Shown: positions 1 through 11,399, counted from the whole stretch's first letter. The stretch is 63,981 nucleotides of DNA, filler included, from Caldilineae bacterium (GCA_037446815.1; 6 parts of 6 records of this genome joined end to end with filler, not necessarily neighbours in it); one strand, 5' to 3'. Numbers and translations: made by a program. Notes: generated from the letters alone by a model not told the origin.

Positions 1-15
1 ATGCAGGCGGCACGG

Positions 16-45
16 TTGACATATCCGCACAAGTGCGTGTACAAT
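16..45 (+). promoter_or_regulatory. sigma70-type promoter
   Basis: TTGACA(16-21)-N18-TACAAT(40-45) upstream of the aminotransferase. Confidence 0.6.
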
Positions 46-115
46 ATCCCATGTGGAGGGATTGTGCGCATGTGGTGCCCGGGCGCACCCATCAATTGCC
101 TGTTCGGGAGGGAGC

Positions 116-1279
116 ATGAACGAGCGTCAACTGCTGATGATTCCTGGCCCCATCTCCTTTGATCCCGCCGTGTTGCGGGCCATGTCTATCCCCACCGACA
201 GCCATGTCAGTCAGGAATTCGTTGACCTGTTCGGGCAGGTTCTGGACGACATGCTCCAGGTCTTCCTCGCGCCGCACGGATATCCGTTTGTGGTGGCCGG
301 CTCGGGGACGCTGGCCATGGAGTTGGGCCTGGCGAACCTGGTGGAGCCGGGGGACCGCGTCCTTGTCCTGCGCACGGGCGTGTTCGGCGAGCGATTCAGC
401 GACATCGCCCGCCGCCAGGGCGCCGAGGTGGACGAAATCGTCGCGCCGCTGGGCGACGTGCCCGATATGGGCGAGGTGGAGGCCAAACTGGCCTCGGCGG
501 CGTACAAGGTGATGACCGCAACCCACGTGGACACGTCCACGGGCGTGGCGGTGGACGTCAAGGCGCTGGCCGCGCTGGCGAAAAAGTATGGCGCGTTGTC
601 GGTGGTGGATGGCGTATGCGCCACGGCGGGCATGGAGTGTCGGCAGGAAGAGTGGGGCGTGGACGTGTACCTGACGGCATCGCAGAAGGCTATCTCGGTG
701 CCGCCGGGCCTGGCCCTGCTGGTGGCCAGCGAGCGGGCGATTGACGCCTTCCGCAAGCGGAAAACGTTGGTGCGCAGTTACTACGCCGACTGGGGCAAGT
801 GGCTGCCCATCATGGAATCGTATCGGGCGCGCAAAGCGGCCTACTTCGGCACGCCGGCGGTCAATCTCGTCTATGCATTGCGGGTGAGCCTGGGGCAGAT
901 TCTGGCCGAGGGCATGGAGGCGCGGTTCCGGCGGCATGGGCGGCTCAGCGACGGGTTCAAGGCGGGGATGAGCGCGTTGGGCCTGCGGCAGGTGCCGGTG
1001 CGCCCGGAGATCGCGGCCACCACGCTGACAGCGGTTTACTATCCCGATGGCATCGGCGCGGAACTGCTGGCGAAGGTGGCGCAAGAGGGCGTGGTTGTGG
1101 CGGGCGGCCTGCATCCCGACATCAAGGCGAAATACTTCCGCGTGGGCCACATGGGGCCGGCGGGCCCGTCGGACATCCTGGCAACGGTGGGAGCCATTGA
1201 GCGCGGGCTGGGGGCTTTGGGCCATCCTGTGGAACTGGGGTGCGGCGTGGAGGCGGCGCAGCGGGCCATGGGACTGTAG
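116..1279 (+). CDS. class V PLP aminotransferase (alanine-glyoxylate/serine-pyruvate type)
   Basis: LLMIPGP N-terminus, HVDTSTG, VDGVC, ASQK PLP lysine, FRVGHMG; ATG after GGAGGGAG. Confidence 0.9.
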   Translation: MNERQLLMIPGPISFDPAVLRAMSIPTDSHVSQEFVDLFGQVLDDMLQVFLAPHGYPFVVAGSGTLAMELGLANLVEPGDRVLVLRTGVFGERFSDIARRQGAEVDEIVAPLGDVPDMGEVEAKLASAAYKVMTATHVDTSTGVAVDVKALAALAKKYGALSVVDGVCATAGMECRQEEWGVDVYLTASQKAISVPPGLALLVASERAIDAFRKRKTLVRSYYADWGKWLPIMESYRARKAAYFGTPAVNLVYALRVSLGQILAEGMEARFRRHGRLSDGFKAGMSALGLRQVPVRPEIAATTLTAVYYPDGIGAELLAKVAQEGVVVAGGLHPDIKAKYFRVGHMGPAGPSDILATVGAIERGLGALGHPVELGCGVEAAQRAMGL

Positions 1280-1346
1280 GCGGACTTTGCCGTGCGTTGA
1301 ACTTTCGGGGCGCCGCCGTTGTACATCTTCTAGAGGGAGAGTTTCT

Positions 1347-1928
1347 GTGGCAGAGGGTGAGGATATAACCCTCGTCTCCCAAGCGCAAGCGGGCGACGTA
1401 ACCGCCTTTGAGGCGCTGTACAAGAAGTACAGCACGATGGTGTTCCGCACGGCCTACGCCATCCTGCGCGACCGGTACGCCGCCGAAGAGGTAACGCAGG
1501 AGTGTTTCGTCCGCGCGTACCGCAGCCTGCGACAGGTGGAGCAGTGCGATTCGCTGGGGCCGTGGCTCCATCGCATCGCCGTGAACCTGAGTTACAACTG
1601 GTGGAGGCAGACGCACCGATACCAGATTCTGCCCCTGGACTTCCTGACCTGGGCGGACCACTCGGCGCGATCCGAGTCGCCGCAAGCGGCGCTTGCTCGC
1701 GCCGAAACCGGCAGCGTGTTGGCGCAGGCGCTGGAGTCGCTGGGGTTTGACCAAAGGGCTGTCTTGATTCTGTTCTATCTCGGCGGGTTCTCATTAGAGG
1801 AAATCGCGTACATTCTGGATTGCCCCGTCGGGACGGTGAAGTCCCGATTGCATTACGGGCGCGCCAAACTCAAGCGGGTCTTGGAGCAGTGGCAGGGCGC
1901 CAAGCCCGAGGTGGTGTACGAATTCTGA
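1347..1928 (+). CDS. ECF RNA polymerase sigma factor
   Basis: AEEVTQECF and WLHRIAVN (region 2), EIAYILDCPVGTVKSRLHYGR (region 4); GTG start after GAGGGAG. Confidence 0.9.
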   Translation: MAEGEDITLVSQAQAGDVTAFEALYKKYSTMVFRTAYAILRDRYAAEEVTQECFVRAYRSLRQVEQCDSLGPWLHRIAVNLSYNWWRQTHRYQILPLDFLTWADHSARSESPQAALARAETGSVLAQALESLGFDQRAVLILFYLGGFSLEEIAYILDCPVGTVKSRLHYGRAKLKRVLEQWQGAKPEVVYEF

Positions 1929-2347
1929 TGATGTGGAGACGCGCAAGTCGCATCCCCGATGAAGAGTTGGACTGGGCGATCCGCGCCGCGCTGAGGGCGG
2001 AGACCGAGGGCATGGAACCTTCGCCCGAGGTGTGGGATCGGGTGCGCGCGCGGATAGAGAATGCTCGCCCTGAGCAGGCCCGACCATCGCGGGCGGTGGT
2101 CTGGCAGAACCGTCTGGCGGCCCTGGCCCAGGCGGCGGTTTTGGCTGTCCTCGTGCTGGGGTTCGGCGTGGGGATCAACCGCATATTCCCCTACACCGGT
2201 TGGACACAGCCCACCGTCACGACCAGGTCGGCGCACGTGTCCCTGCGTGCTTCCGGACGGTATCCCGATGACGTGCTGACCGCCAAGCGGGTGATGTCCC
2301 TGGAGCAGCAGAAACCTGTGCCTGGCGCATGGCGTTGGCCTCAGTAG
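1928..2347 (+). CDS. probable single-TM anti-sigma factor
   Basis: TGATG overlap with the sigma gene; EPSPEVWDRVRARI followed by one hydrophobic helix. Confidence 0.65.
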   Translation: MMWRRASRIPDEELDWAIRAALRAETEGMEPSPEVWDRVRARIENARPEQARPSRAVVWQNRLAALAQAAVLAVLVLGFGVGINRIFPYTGWTQPTVTTRSAHVSLRASGRYPDDVLTAKRVMSLEQQKPVPGAWRWPQ

Positions 2348-2349
2348 GC

Positions 2350-2377
2350 TTGACGGAATGGGAGATTGTGGTATAAT
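2350..2377 (+). promoter_or_regulatory. sigma70 promoter of the opp operon (extended -10)
   Basis: TTGACG-N16-TATAAT with TGn extension. Confidence 0.7.
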
Positions 2378-2531
2378 ACGTAAGGCTCGTTTCACCAAGT
2401 TGTTCCGTGCATCACGTCCCCACCGTCGTGGACTTTCTGTAATCGGAAAGGGGGTGGTTGCCGAAACCTGACGCGACACGAACCTCAAGGGTAGTTGGAA
2501 TCCAACAGATTTCTAAGGAGGAAACAGGAAG

Positions 2532-4169
2532 ATGAACAAGAAGTTCGTGCTGGTTTCGCTGCTCGTTGTCGTTGCCATGGTGCTTGCGGCATGCGGCGGC
2601 GGGGGCGAGCAATTGGCCAAGTCCATCAACATGAACCTTGGCACCGAGCCGCCCACGCTGGACCCCGGCCTCGCCACGGACACCACGTCGGTGCAGTGCG
2701 ATGAGCTGCTGTTCTTGGGCCTGACCGACTTTGACGACAAGACGCTGGAGACGATCCCCGAATTGGCCACCAAGTGGGAAGTCTCGCCCGATGGCCTCAC
2801 CTGGACGTTCTACATGCGCAAGGACGTCGTCTGGGTGCACTACGACCCGGCGACCAAGAAGGTAACGGAGAAGGGCCCCGTAACCGCCTACGACATTGAG
2901 TACGGCGTGAAGCGCACCCTGGACCCGGTTACCGCGTCCGACTACGCGTATGTGGACTACATCATCAAGAACGGCCAGAAGTTCAACACCGGCGAGATCA
3001 CCGATGCCAACGAGGTCGGCGTGAAGGCGCTGGATGCCTACACCGTGCAGTTCACGCTGGAGAAGCCGGCCGGCTACTTCGCGGGCATCGCCGGCATGTG
3101 GGTCAACCGCCCCGTTCCTCGTGAGCCCATTGAGCAGTTCGGCGACAAGTGGACTGAGCCCGGCAACATCTGGACCAACGGCGCCTACATGCTGGAGACC
3201 TGGGAGCACGAGTCCAAGATGGTCATGGTGAAGAGCCCGAAGTACTTCAACGCCAAGAACGTCGCCATTGAGACCATCAACTGGGCGATGGTTGTTGAAG
3301 AGTCCACGGCCTTCGCCATGTACGAGAACGGCGAACTGGACGTCTCGGGCGTGCCTTCGGCAGACCTGGACCGCGTGAGGGCGGACCCGGTGTTGAGCAA
3401 GGAGCTGTACATCGCGCCGGTCCTGTGCACCTACTACTACGGGTTCAACAACACCAAGCCGCCGTTTGACAACAAGTTGGTGCGCCAGGCGTTCTCCATG
3501 GCCTTTGACCGCCAGAAACTGATTGACACCGTGCTGAAGGGCGGCCAGAAGCCGGCCAAGACCTTCGCTTGCCCGGGCATCTTCGGGTCGCCGGCGGAAG
3601 ACCCCAACTTCCCGGCGATTCCGTTTGATCCCGCGAAGGCGAAGCAGTTGCTGGCCGATGCCGGGTATCCCAACGGCCAGGGCCTGCCCGAGATCACCCT
3701 GATGTACAACACCTCGGAAGGCCACAAGCGCATCGCCGAGTTCATCCAGCAGCAGTGGAAGGAGAACCTCGGCGTTGAGGTCAAACTGGCCAACCAGGAG
3801 TGGGCGGTCTACCTGAAGACGGTCCACGGCCCGGACACGCCGCAGATTTACCGCCTTGGCTGGTGCGCCGACTACCCGGATGAGAACAACTGGGTGCTGG
3901 AAGTCTTCCACCCGACGCTCGGCTCCAACGACATCAAGTGGAACAATGCCGAGTTCGCTCGGTTGACCGAAGAGGCGGCGGCTGCCTCCGATCCGGCCAA
4001 GCGCAAGGAACTCTACTTCCAGGCTGAGAAGATTCTCACCATTGACGAGGCGGCCATCATCCCCATCTACTACTACACCCGCGTCGTCTGCACCAAGCCT
4101 TACGTAGAGCGCACCTACGCTCCGTTGGGCGGCGAGCATATTGACAAGTGGAAAGTCAAAGCCCACTAG
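2532..4169 (+). CDS. oppA: oligopeptide ABC transporter substrate-binding lipoprotein
   Basis: Lipobox LAAC, EPPTLDP, PELATKWEVSPDGLTWTF, GWCADYPD. Confidence 0.93.
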   Translation: MNKKFVLVSLLVVVAMVLAACGGGGEQLAKSINMNLGTEPPTLDPGLATDTTSVQCDELLFLGLTDFDDKTLETIPELATKWEVSPDGLTWTFYMRKDVVWVHYDPATKKVTEKGPVTAYDIEYGVKRTLDPVTASDYAYVDYIIKNGQKFNTGEITDANEVGVKALDAYTVQFTLEKPAGYFAGIAGMWVNRPVPREPIEQFGDKWTEPGNIWTNGAYMLETWEHESKMVMVKSPKYFNAKNVAIETINWAMVVEESTAFAMYENGELDVSGVPSADLDRVRADPVLSKELYIAPVLCTYYYGFNNTKPPFDNKLVRQAFSMAFDRQKLIDTVLKGGQKPAKTFACPGIFGSPAEDPNFPAIPFDPAKAKQLLADAGYPNGQGLPEITLMYNTSEGHKRIAEFIQQQWKENLGVEVKLANQEWAVYLKTVHGPDTPQIYRLGWCADYPDENNWVLEVFHPTLGSNDIKWNNAEFARLTEEAAAASDPAKRKELYFQAEKILTIDEAAIIPIYYYTRVVCTKPYVERTYAPLGGEHIDKWKVKAH

Positions 4170-4185
4170 TCTAGCCAGAACCCAC

Positions 4186-4225
4186 GGCTACGTAGCCCCT
4201 GCTCTGGGGGCTACGTAGCCTTTCT
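4186..4225 (+). terminator. hairpin terminator or mRNA stabiliser after oppA
   Basis: 14-bp stem GGCTACGTAGCCCC/GGGGCTACGTAGCC followed by TTTCT. Confidence 0.6.
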
Positions 4226-4281
4226 GAATCTCAGGGGAATCAGACCAGAGGACCGCAGAGACGCGGATCAGGACTTGTACA

Positions 4282-4309
4282 GGCGGCTCTTGCGCCGCCG
4301 GGTTTTTTT
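4282..4309 (+). terminator. second terminator-like hairpin before oppB
   Basis: GGCGGC/GCCGCC stem followed closely by T7. Confidence 0.4.
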
Positions 4310-4337
4310 GGAATAGACCGTTGCATAGGGGGATGGA

Positions 4338-5258
4338 ATGCTAAGATACATCGTGCGAAGAATCTTGTGGATGATTCCGGTATTGCTGTTCATCTCTATC
4401 GTAACGTTCGCCTTGTCGCACGCAGTGCCCGGGGGGCCGTTTGACCGCGAGAAGAAACTCCCGCCCGAGGTCGTGGCCAACTTGGAAAAATACTACGGTC
4501 TGGACAAGCCCCTCTATCAGCAATACCTGAATTACATTGGCAATATTGTTACGAAGTTTGATTTTGGCCCGTCCATGCGACAACGCGGCCGCACCGTGAA
4601 CGAGATTTTTGCCGCCCACCTGCCGATTTCCGCGCAATTGGGCGTGTTGGCGCTCCTTGTTGCGCTGATTATCGGCATTCCCCTGGGGATTGTCGCTGCA
4701 CTCAAACAGAATACCTTCTGGGATTATCTCGGCATGGGGGTTGCGGTGTTCGGCGTGTCGGTGCCGAACATCGTGCTGGGGCCGCTGCTCATCTGGATCT
4801 TCGCGTTGGCATTGGGCTGGTTCCCGGTGGCGGGCTGGGGCAAGCCCTCGCAGATGGTGCTGCCGGCCATCGCCCTGGGGCTGGGCTCCTCGGCCATCAT
4901 CGGGCGACTGACCCGCGCCAGCATGTTGCAGGTCATCCGCGAGGACTACATCCGCACGGCGCGCTCCAAGGGCCTCACGGAGCGGATCATCATGGTTCGC
5001 CACGCCCTCAAGAACGCATTCATCCCCGTGGCGACCGTGCTGGGGCCGATGTTTGCCGCGCTGACCACCGGCACCTTCGTGGTGGAGCAAATCTTCGCGA
5101 TTCCCGGGATGGGCAAGTACTTCATCACCAGCGTTACCAACCGCGACTACGCGGTGGTGATGGGCACCACGCTTCTGTACGCCGTCTTCCTGGTCATCGC
5201 GAACCTTGTGGTGGACATTACCTACGCGTTCCTGGACCCGCGTATTCGCTATACATAA
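4338..5258 (+). CDS. oppB: oligopeptide ABC permease
   Basis: YIVRR start, PGGPF, EDYIRTARSKG loop, LDPRI end. Confidence 0.93.
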   Translation: MLRYIVRRILWMIPVLLFISIVTFALSHAVPGGPFDREKKLPPEVVANLEKYYGLDKPLYQQYLNYIGNIVTKFDFGPSMRQRGRTVNEIFAAHLPISAQLGVLALLVALIIGIPLGIVAALKQNTFWDYLGMGVAVFGVSVPNIVLGPLLIWIFALALGWFPVAGWGKPSQMVLPAIALGLGSSAIIGRLTRASMLQVIREDYIRTARSKGLTERIIMVRHALKNAFIPVATVLGPMFAALTTGTFVVEQIFAIPGMGKYFITSVTNRDYAVVMGTTLLYAVFLVIANLVVDITYAFLDPRIRYT

Positions 5259-5341
5259 CATGATTTTGGACCCGTCCTCCCTCCGGCCGTCGGCGGATGT
5301 ACGCGCCAGGGCGGAAGGCGAGGGCAGGAGGAGGAGATAGA

Positions 5342-6388
5342 ATGACCGTTCAAGAGCGAGCCGCGAGCAGACTCGCGGTGCGTGAGCAGCGCGAAACCAA
5401 CCTATGGGCCGACGCGTTCCGCCGACTCATCCGCAACCGAGCGGCCCTCGTGGGCGGCCTCATCGTCCTGGGCCTGATCCTGACGGCGATCTTCGCGCCC
5501 CAACTTGCGCCCATGCATTACGCCGAAGGCGATTCGTACAACGCCCAGACCGTGCCCTCCTGGCTTGTGCCGTTCCTGCCCATCAAGAACATCCAGTCGT
5601 ATGCGAAGATCAATAACAACTTCATCTTCGGGTCGGATGAACTGGGCCGCGATATCCTGAGCCGCATCATCTACGGCACGCGCGTGTCGCTGCCGGTGGG
5701 GTTCATGGGCGCCCTCACGGCCCTCATCATCGGCTTGGTGTACGGCTGCATCTCCGGCTACTACGGCGGCAAGGTGGACAACATCATGATGCGCATCGTG
5801 GACATCATGTACGCTTTCCCCACGATGCTCCTCATCATCCTGCTGATGGCGTTCTTCAAGTCCACGTTCGCCCAGGTGCAGGAGCCGGGCACCATAGCCT
5901 ACACCTTCAACCAAATCAACAAGGTCGTGGACCGATTCCTGGGGCTGCAGGGCGGCGGCATGTTGTTCATCTTCATGGGCATCGGCCTGACGGCATGGAT
6001 GGGCATGGCGCGCCTGGCCCGCGGGCAAATCCTCTCCCTGAAGGAGAAGGAGTTCATTGAGGCGGCCCATACCGTGGGCGCGGGCGATTTGCGCATCATC
6101 GTGCGCCACATCCTGCCCAACATCCTGGGCCCGTGCATCGTCGCCGAGACCCTGGCCATTCCCGGGTACATCAACTACGAGGTGTTCCTCTCCTTCATCG
6201 GCCTGGGAGTGGACGCGCCGACCCCGTCCTGGGGCTCCATGATTTCCGAAGGGTCGCGCTCCATCCGTTCCTACCCGCACATGATTCTGTTCCCGGCGCT
6301 GGCGCTGTCCATCACCATGTTCGCGTTCAACTTCCTCGGCGATGGCCTGCGCGACGCCCTGGACCCGCGCATGCGAGGAACATCGTAG
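5342..6388 (+). CDS. oppC: oligopeptide ABC permease
   Basis: GSDELGRD, EFIEAA, RHILPN, GDGLRDALDPR; ATG after AGGAGGAG. Confidence 0.93.
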   Translation: MTVQERAASRLAVREQRETNLWADAFRRLIRNRAALVGGLIVLGLILTAIFAPQLAPMHYAEGDSYNAQTVPSWLVPFLPIKNIQSYAKINNNFIFGSDELGRDILSRIIYGTRVSLPVGFMGALTALIIGLVYGCISGYYGGKVDNIMMRIVDIMYAFPTMLLIILLMAFFKSTFAQVQEPGTIAYTFNQINKVVDRFLGLQGGGMLFIFMGIGLTAWMGMARLARGQILSLKEKEFIEAAHTVGAGDLRIIVRHILPNILGPCIVAETLAIPGYINYEVFLSFIGLGVDAPTPSWGSMISEGSRSIRSYPHMILFPALALSITMFAFNFLGDGLRDALDPRMRGTS

Positions 6389-6518
6389 CCGCAATCCAGA
6401 CGAAGGGCGCGTGGGGCGTGGACCGACGGAGCAGGCGCGAGCAAATCCGATACGAGAACCGCAGCACCCGTAGAGGGGAGCCCCTCCAGGGCTGCGGTTC
6501 TCCTGTCGCGGCGCGGCG

Positions 6519-8234
6519 GTGAGTCGTATGGCGGACCTCCTGCAGCCGCGCCCCCCGCGAATGGCCGCCAACCGCTCCTGGCTGTGGATTCTGGTGGGCG
6601 CGCTCGTGGTCGGGTGCCTGGTGTTCTCGTGCGCGGCGGGCGGCCTGGTGTACCTCATCTCGTCGGGACGCATCTTCCCGGGGAGCCGCACGCCCGCGGC
6701 GGCAACTCCGGGCGCGTCGCCGGCGGCCACCCAACCGACGCATGGGGCCGCGCTGGATCTGCGACTCATGGCAGACCCGCCCACCACGCTGGACCCGGCG
6801 GTGGTGGAAGATAGCGCCTCTGCCGAGTTCGTGGACAAAATCTACTCCGGCCTGGTGGGGCTGGACGCAGACCTGAACGTGGTGCCCGACATCGCCGAGC
6901 GGTGGGACGTCAGCGCCGACGGCACGGTGTACACTTTCTACCTGCGCTCCAACGTGTACTTTCACAACGGGCGGAAGGCCACGGCACAGGATTTCAAATA
7001 CTCCGTGGAGCGGGCATGCGACCCGGCGACCCGCTCGCCCGTGGCGCGGGCCTACCTGGGCGACATCGTGGGCGCCGAGGAGAAACTGGACGGGCGCGCG
7101 TCCGAGGTCAGGGGCGTGGAGGTCATAGACGACGCCACCGTTCGCATCACCATCCGCGCCGCAAGGGCCTCGTTCCTGGCCAAGTTGACGTACCCGACCG
7201 GCTTCTTCGTGGCCAAAGAGGTGGTTCAGAGCGGTTCCGGCTGGTGGCGAAAGCCCGTCGGGACAGGGCCTTTCCGGTTGCAGTCGTGGGATAGCAAGCA
7301 GATCGTCCTGGAGAAGAACGAGCGTTACTACCAGCCGCTGGGCGATGTGCGGACAGTTACGTACCTCTTCGGCGGGGGCGCGCCCGTTACCATGTACGAG
7401 CAGGGCGAATTGGACGCGGCTCCCGTGGGCGTGGCCGACATTGAGCGCGTCCTGGACGAGGCGAATCCGCTCCACTACGAGGTGCAGGAGACGCCCTTGC
7501 TGTACACCCAGTATGTGGGCTTCAACGTGCGGCAACCGCCGTTTGACGACCCGATGGTGCGCAAGGCGTTCGCCCTGGCGACGAACAAGCAGGCCATGGC
7601 CGACGTGTTCTTCAAGCGAACGCGCGTGCCCGCGGCGGGAATCCTGCCGCCCGGAATGCCCGGCTACAACCCGGACCTGCGGGCGATTCCGTTTGACCCC
7701 GAGAAGGCCCGCGAGGCGCTGCAGGCCTCGCGCTACGGGTCGGCGGAGGCCCTGCCCGCCATCACGTTCACCGTAACCGGCGAGGGGGCCACAAATCGGT
7801 TCGCCGAGTTGTTGGCGGGGATGTACGAGGAAGTGCTGGGCGTGCGCCTGGAGATAGAGCAGGTGGACTGGGCCACGTACCTGCAGGAACTGAACGCGCA
7901 CAAACTCCAGATGTTCACGCTGGCCTGGAGCGCCGACTACCCGGACCCGGAGAACTTCCTGGAGACGCAGTTCCATTCCAAGAGCGAGTTGAACAACACC
8001 GGCTACAGCGACCCGGAGGTGGATCGGCTGCTGGAGCAGGCCATGACCGAGAACGACACGGCCACGCGCCTGGCGCTGTACCGGCAAGCGGAGCAGCGCA
8101 TCGTGGACGACGCGGCGTGGATTCCGCTGTTCCACGGGCTGGACTACACGCTGGTCAAGCCGTACCTGCGCGGGCTGAAGGTTACCGCGCAGGGGACGTA
8201 TCACCTGCAAGAGGTTTTCGCGGCAACGCGGTAG
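6519..8234 (+). CDS. oppA: second peptide ABC substrate-binding protein (family 5), N-terminal membrane anchor
   Basis: PTTLDPA, PDIAERWDVSADGTVYTF, AWSADYPDP; start codon uncertain (6519 or 6528). Confidence 0.85.
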   Translation: MSRMADLLQPRPPRMAANRSWLWILVGALVVGCLVFSCAAGGLVYLISSGRIFPGSRTPAAATPGASPAATQPTHGAALDLRLMADPPTTLDPAVVEDSASAEFVDKIYSGLVGLDADLNVVPDIAERWDVSADGTVYTFYLRSNVYFHNGRKATAQDFKYSVERACDPATRSPVARAYLGDIVGAEEKLDGRASEVRGVEVIDDATVRITIRAARASFLAKLTYPTGFFVAKEVVQSGSGWWRKPVGTGPFRLQSWDSKQIVLEKNERYYQPLGDVRTVTYLFGGGAPVTMYEQGELDAAPVGVADIERVLDEANPLHYEVQETPLLYTQYVGFNVRQPPFDDPMVRKAFALATNKQAMADVFFKRTRVPAAGILPPGMPGYNPDLRAIPFDPEKAREALQASRYGSAEALPAITFTVTGEGATNRFAELLAGMYEEVLGVRLEIEQVDWATYLQELNAHKLQMFTLAWSADYPDPENFLETQFHSKSELNNTGYSDPEVDRLLEQAMTENDTATRLALYRQAEQRIVDDAAWIPLFHGLDYTLVKPYLRGLKVTAQGTYHLQEVFAATR

Positions 8235-8325
8235 CGGGGCGGTTGGCGCCGCAGAGGCGGGTGCTCCGCGCCCTCGGCATGACGGTTGCCAACAGGCTCT
8301 GCGCCGACTGAAAATGAAACGCAAC

Positions 8326-8354
8326 TTGCCTATCTTGCGGTTCCTGTGTACAAT
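8326..8354 (+). promoter_or_regulatory. internal sigma70 promoter for oppDF
   Basis: TTGCCT-N17-TACAAT. Confidence 0.5.
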
Positions 8355-8414
8355 GCAAGACGTTGCCGCAGGGGCCTCAGGAGCGGCTGCTATTATCCCT
8401 GTGGAGGAGTAGTA

Positions 8415-9398
<984 letters not shown>

Positions 9399-9399
9399 G

Positions 9400-10383
<984 letters not shown>

Positions 10384-10403
10384 GATTCGGATTTCGCGCA
10401 TTC

Positions 10404-10436
10404 AAAAGCCTCTCCGCGCAGGAGGGGCTTTTGTTT
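10404..10436 (+). terminator. intrinsic terminator, probably bidirectional
   Basis: AAAAGCCTCTCC-loop-GGAGGGGCTTTT. Confidence 0.75.
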
Positions 10437-10468
10437 ATGTTCATCGGGCAGTCGTCATCGGAGGGGAG

Positions 10469-11053
10469 ATGCTACAACGAGCGTGTGTGGACGAAGCAGA
10501 ATACGCGCAACTGACGCAGGCTTTTGGCCCGTGCGTCCGCCGATCCTACGAGGTCCCCATGTCCGCGGCAAGCCTTGACGAGTGGACGCGGCGGGTCGCG
10601 CGGGGGCGGCGCGGCGAGGTGGGCATGGTCATCGCCGACCGCGCGGGCCACATCCTCACGCACACCAAGCCCTTCTACCCGGCGGGCGTGTTCCGCATCC
10701 CCACCGGCGGCATCGGCGAGAGCGAGGGCGTGCTGGACGCCCTGCGCCGCGAGGTGTGGGAAGAGACGGGGCTGGAGGCCGAAGTCCGCCGCCTGCTGGC
10801 CGTGGTGGAATACCGCTTCACCGACGGCGCGCGCGAGGTGCGATTCGCGACGTACCTCTTCCTGCTGCAGGCCGATGGCGGGGCGCCGCGCGTGCAGGAC
10901 GCCAATGAGCGCATCATGGCCTTCGGGGGGACCGACGCGGCGGGCTTGCTCCGCATCGCCGAGCAGTTGGAGAGCCTGCCGGGCGACTGGAGCGATTGGG
11001 GGCGCTTCCGGGCGGTGGCCCACCGCGTGGCGGCGGAGACGCTCGCCCCGTGA
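10469..11053 (+). CDS. Nudix hydrolase
   Basis: Nudix box GGIGESEGVLDALRREVWEETGL. Confidence 0.85.
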   Translation: MLQRACVDEAEYAQLTQAFGPCVRRSYEVPMSAASLDEWTRRVARGRRGEVGMVIADRAGHILTHTKPFYPAGVFRIPTGGIGESEGVLDALRREVWEETGLEAEVRRLLAVVEYRFTDGAREVRFATYLFLLQADGGAPRVQDANERIMAFGGTDAAGLLRIAEQLESLPGDWSDWGRFRAVAHRVAAETLAP

Positions 11054-11148
11054 AGAGGGGCGAGAGGCCGCCCAACAGGCCGCGCCCCTCGCCCATGGGA
11101 TAACCGGCCCCGCGGGCCGGAGGAGGCAGCGGCAATCGGGCCGCTGCG
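11054..11148 (-). ncRNA. candidate three-hairpin small RNA
   Basis: Minus-strand TTGACC-N16-TAGGAT (11181-11154) followed by three GC-rich hairpins. Confidence 0.35.
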
Positions 11149-11196
11149 GGCCTATCCTACGCGCTTTCGCCGCAGGGTCAAGTCGGAGCCGTAGGG

Positions 11197-11265
11197 CATT
11201 CGGTTCCATGTTGTGTTGGTGAAACGCCTGGGCACTCTCCTCATGTGTCGTTGCGAGCGAAGCGA
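11197..11265. mobile_element. MITE end (terminal inverted repeat plus REP), truncated by scaffold end
   Basis: CATTCGGTTCCATGTTGTGTTGGTGAAACGC...GTCGTTGCGAGCGAAGCGA matches the right end of the 30738-30885 element. Confidence 0.6.
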
Positions 11266-11365
11266 NNNNNNNNNNNNNNNNNNNNNNNNNNNNNNNNNNN
11301 NNNNNNNNNTTAATTAATTAANNNNNNNNNNNNNNNNNNNNNNNNNNNNNNNNNNNNNNNNNNNN
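11266..11365. other. artificial contig linker
   Basis: N-run/TTAATTAATTAA/N-run. Confidence 0.98.
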
Positions 11366-11399
11366 TCATGCAGTTTGTGCTTTCAGGTAAGCAAGAACT

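Noticed and set aside
2446..2465. Lysine riboswitch call
   Set aside because: Only one internal motif matches; the 5' AGAGG-GC and the 3' conserved elements are absent
11310..11321. TTAATTAATTAA repeated every 11 kb or so
   Set aside because: Synthetic all-frame stop linker between contigs
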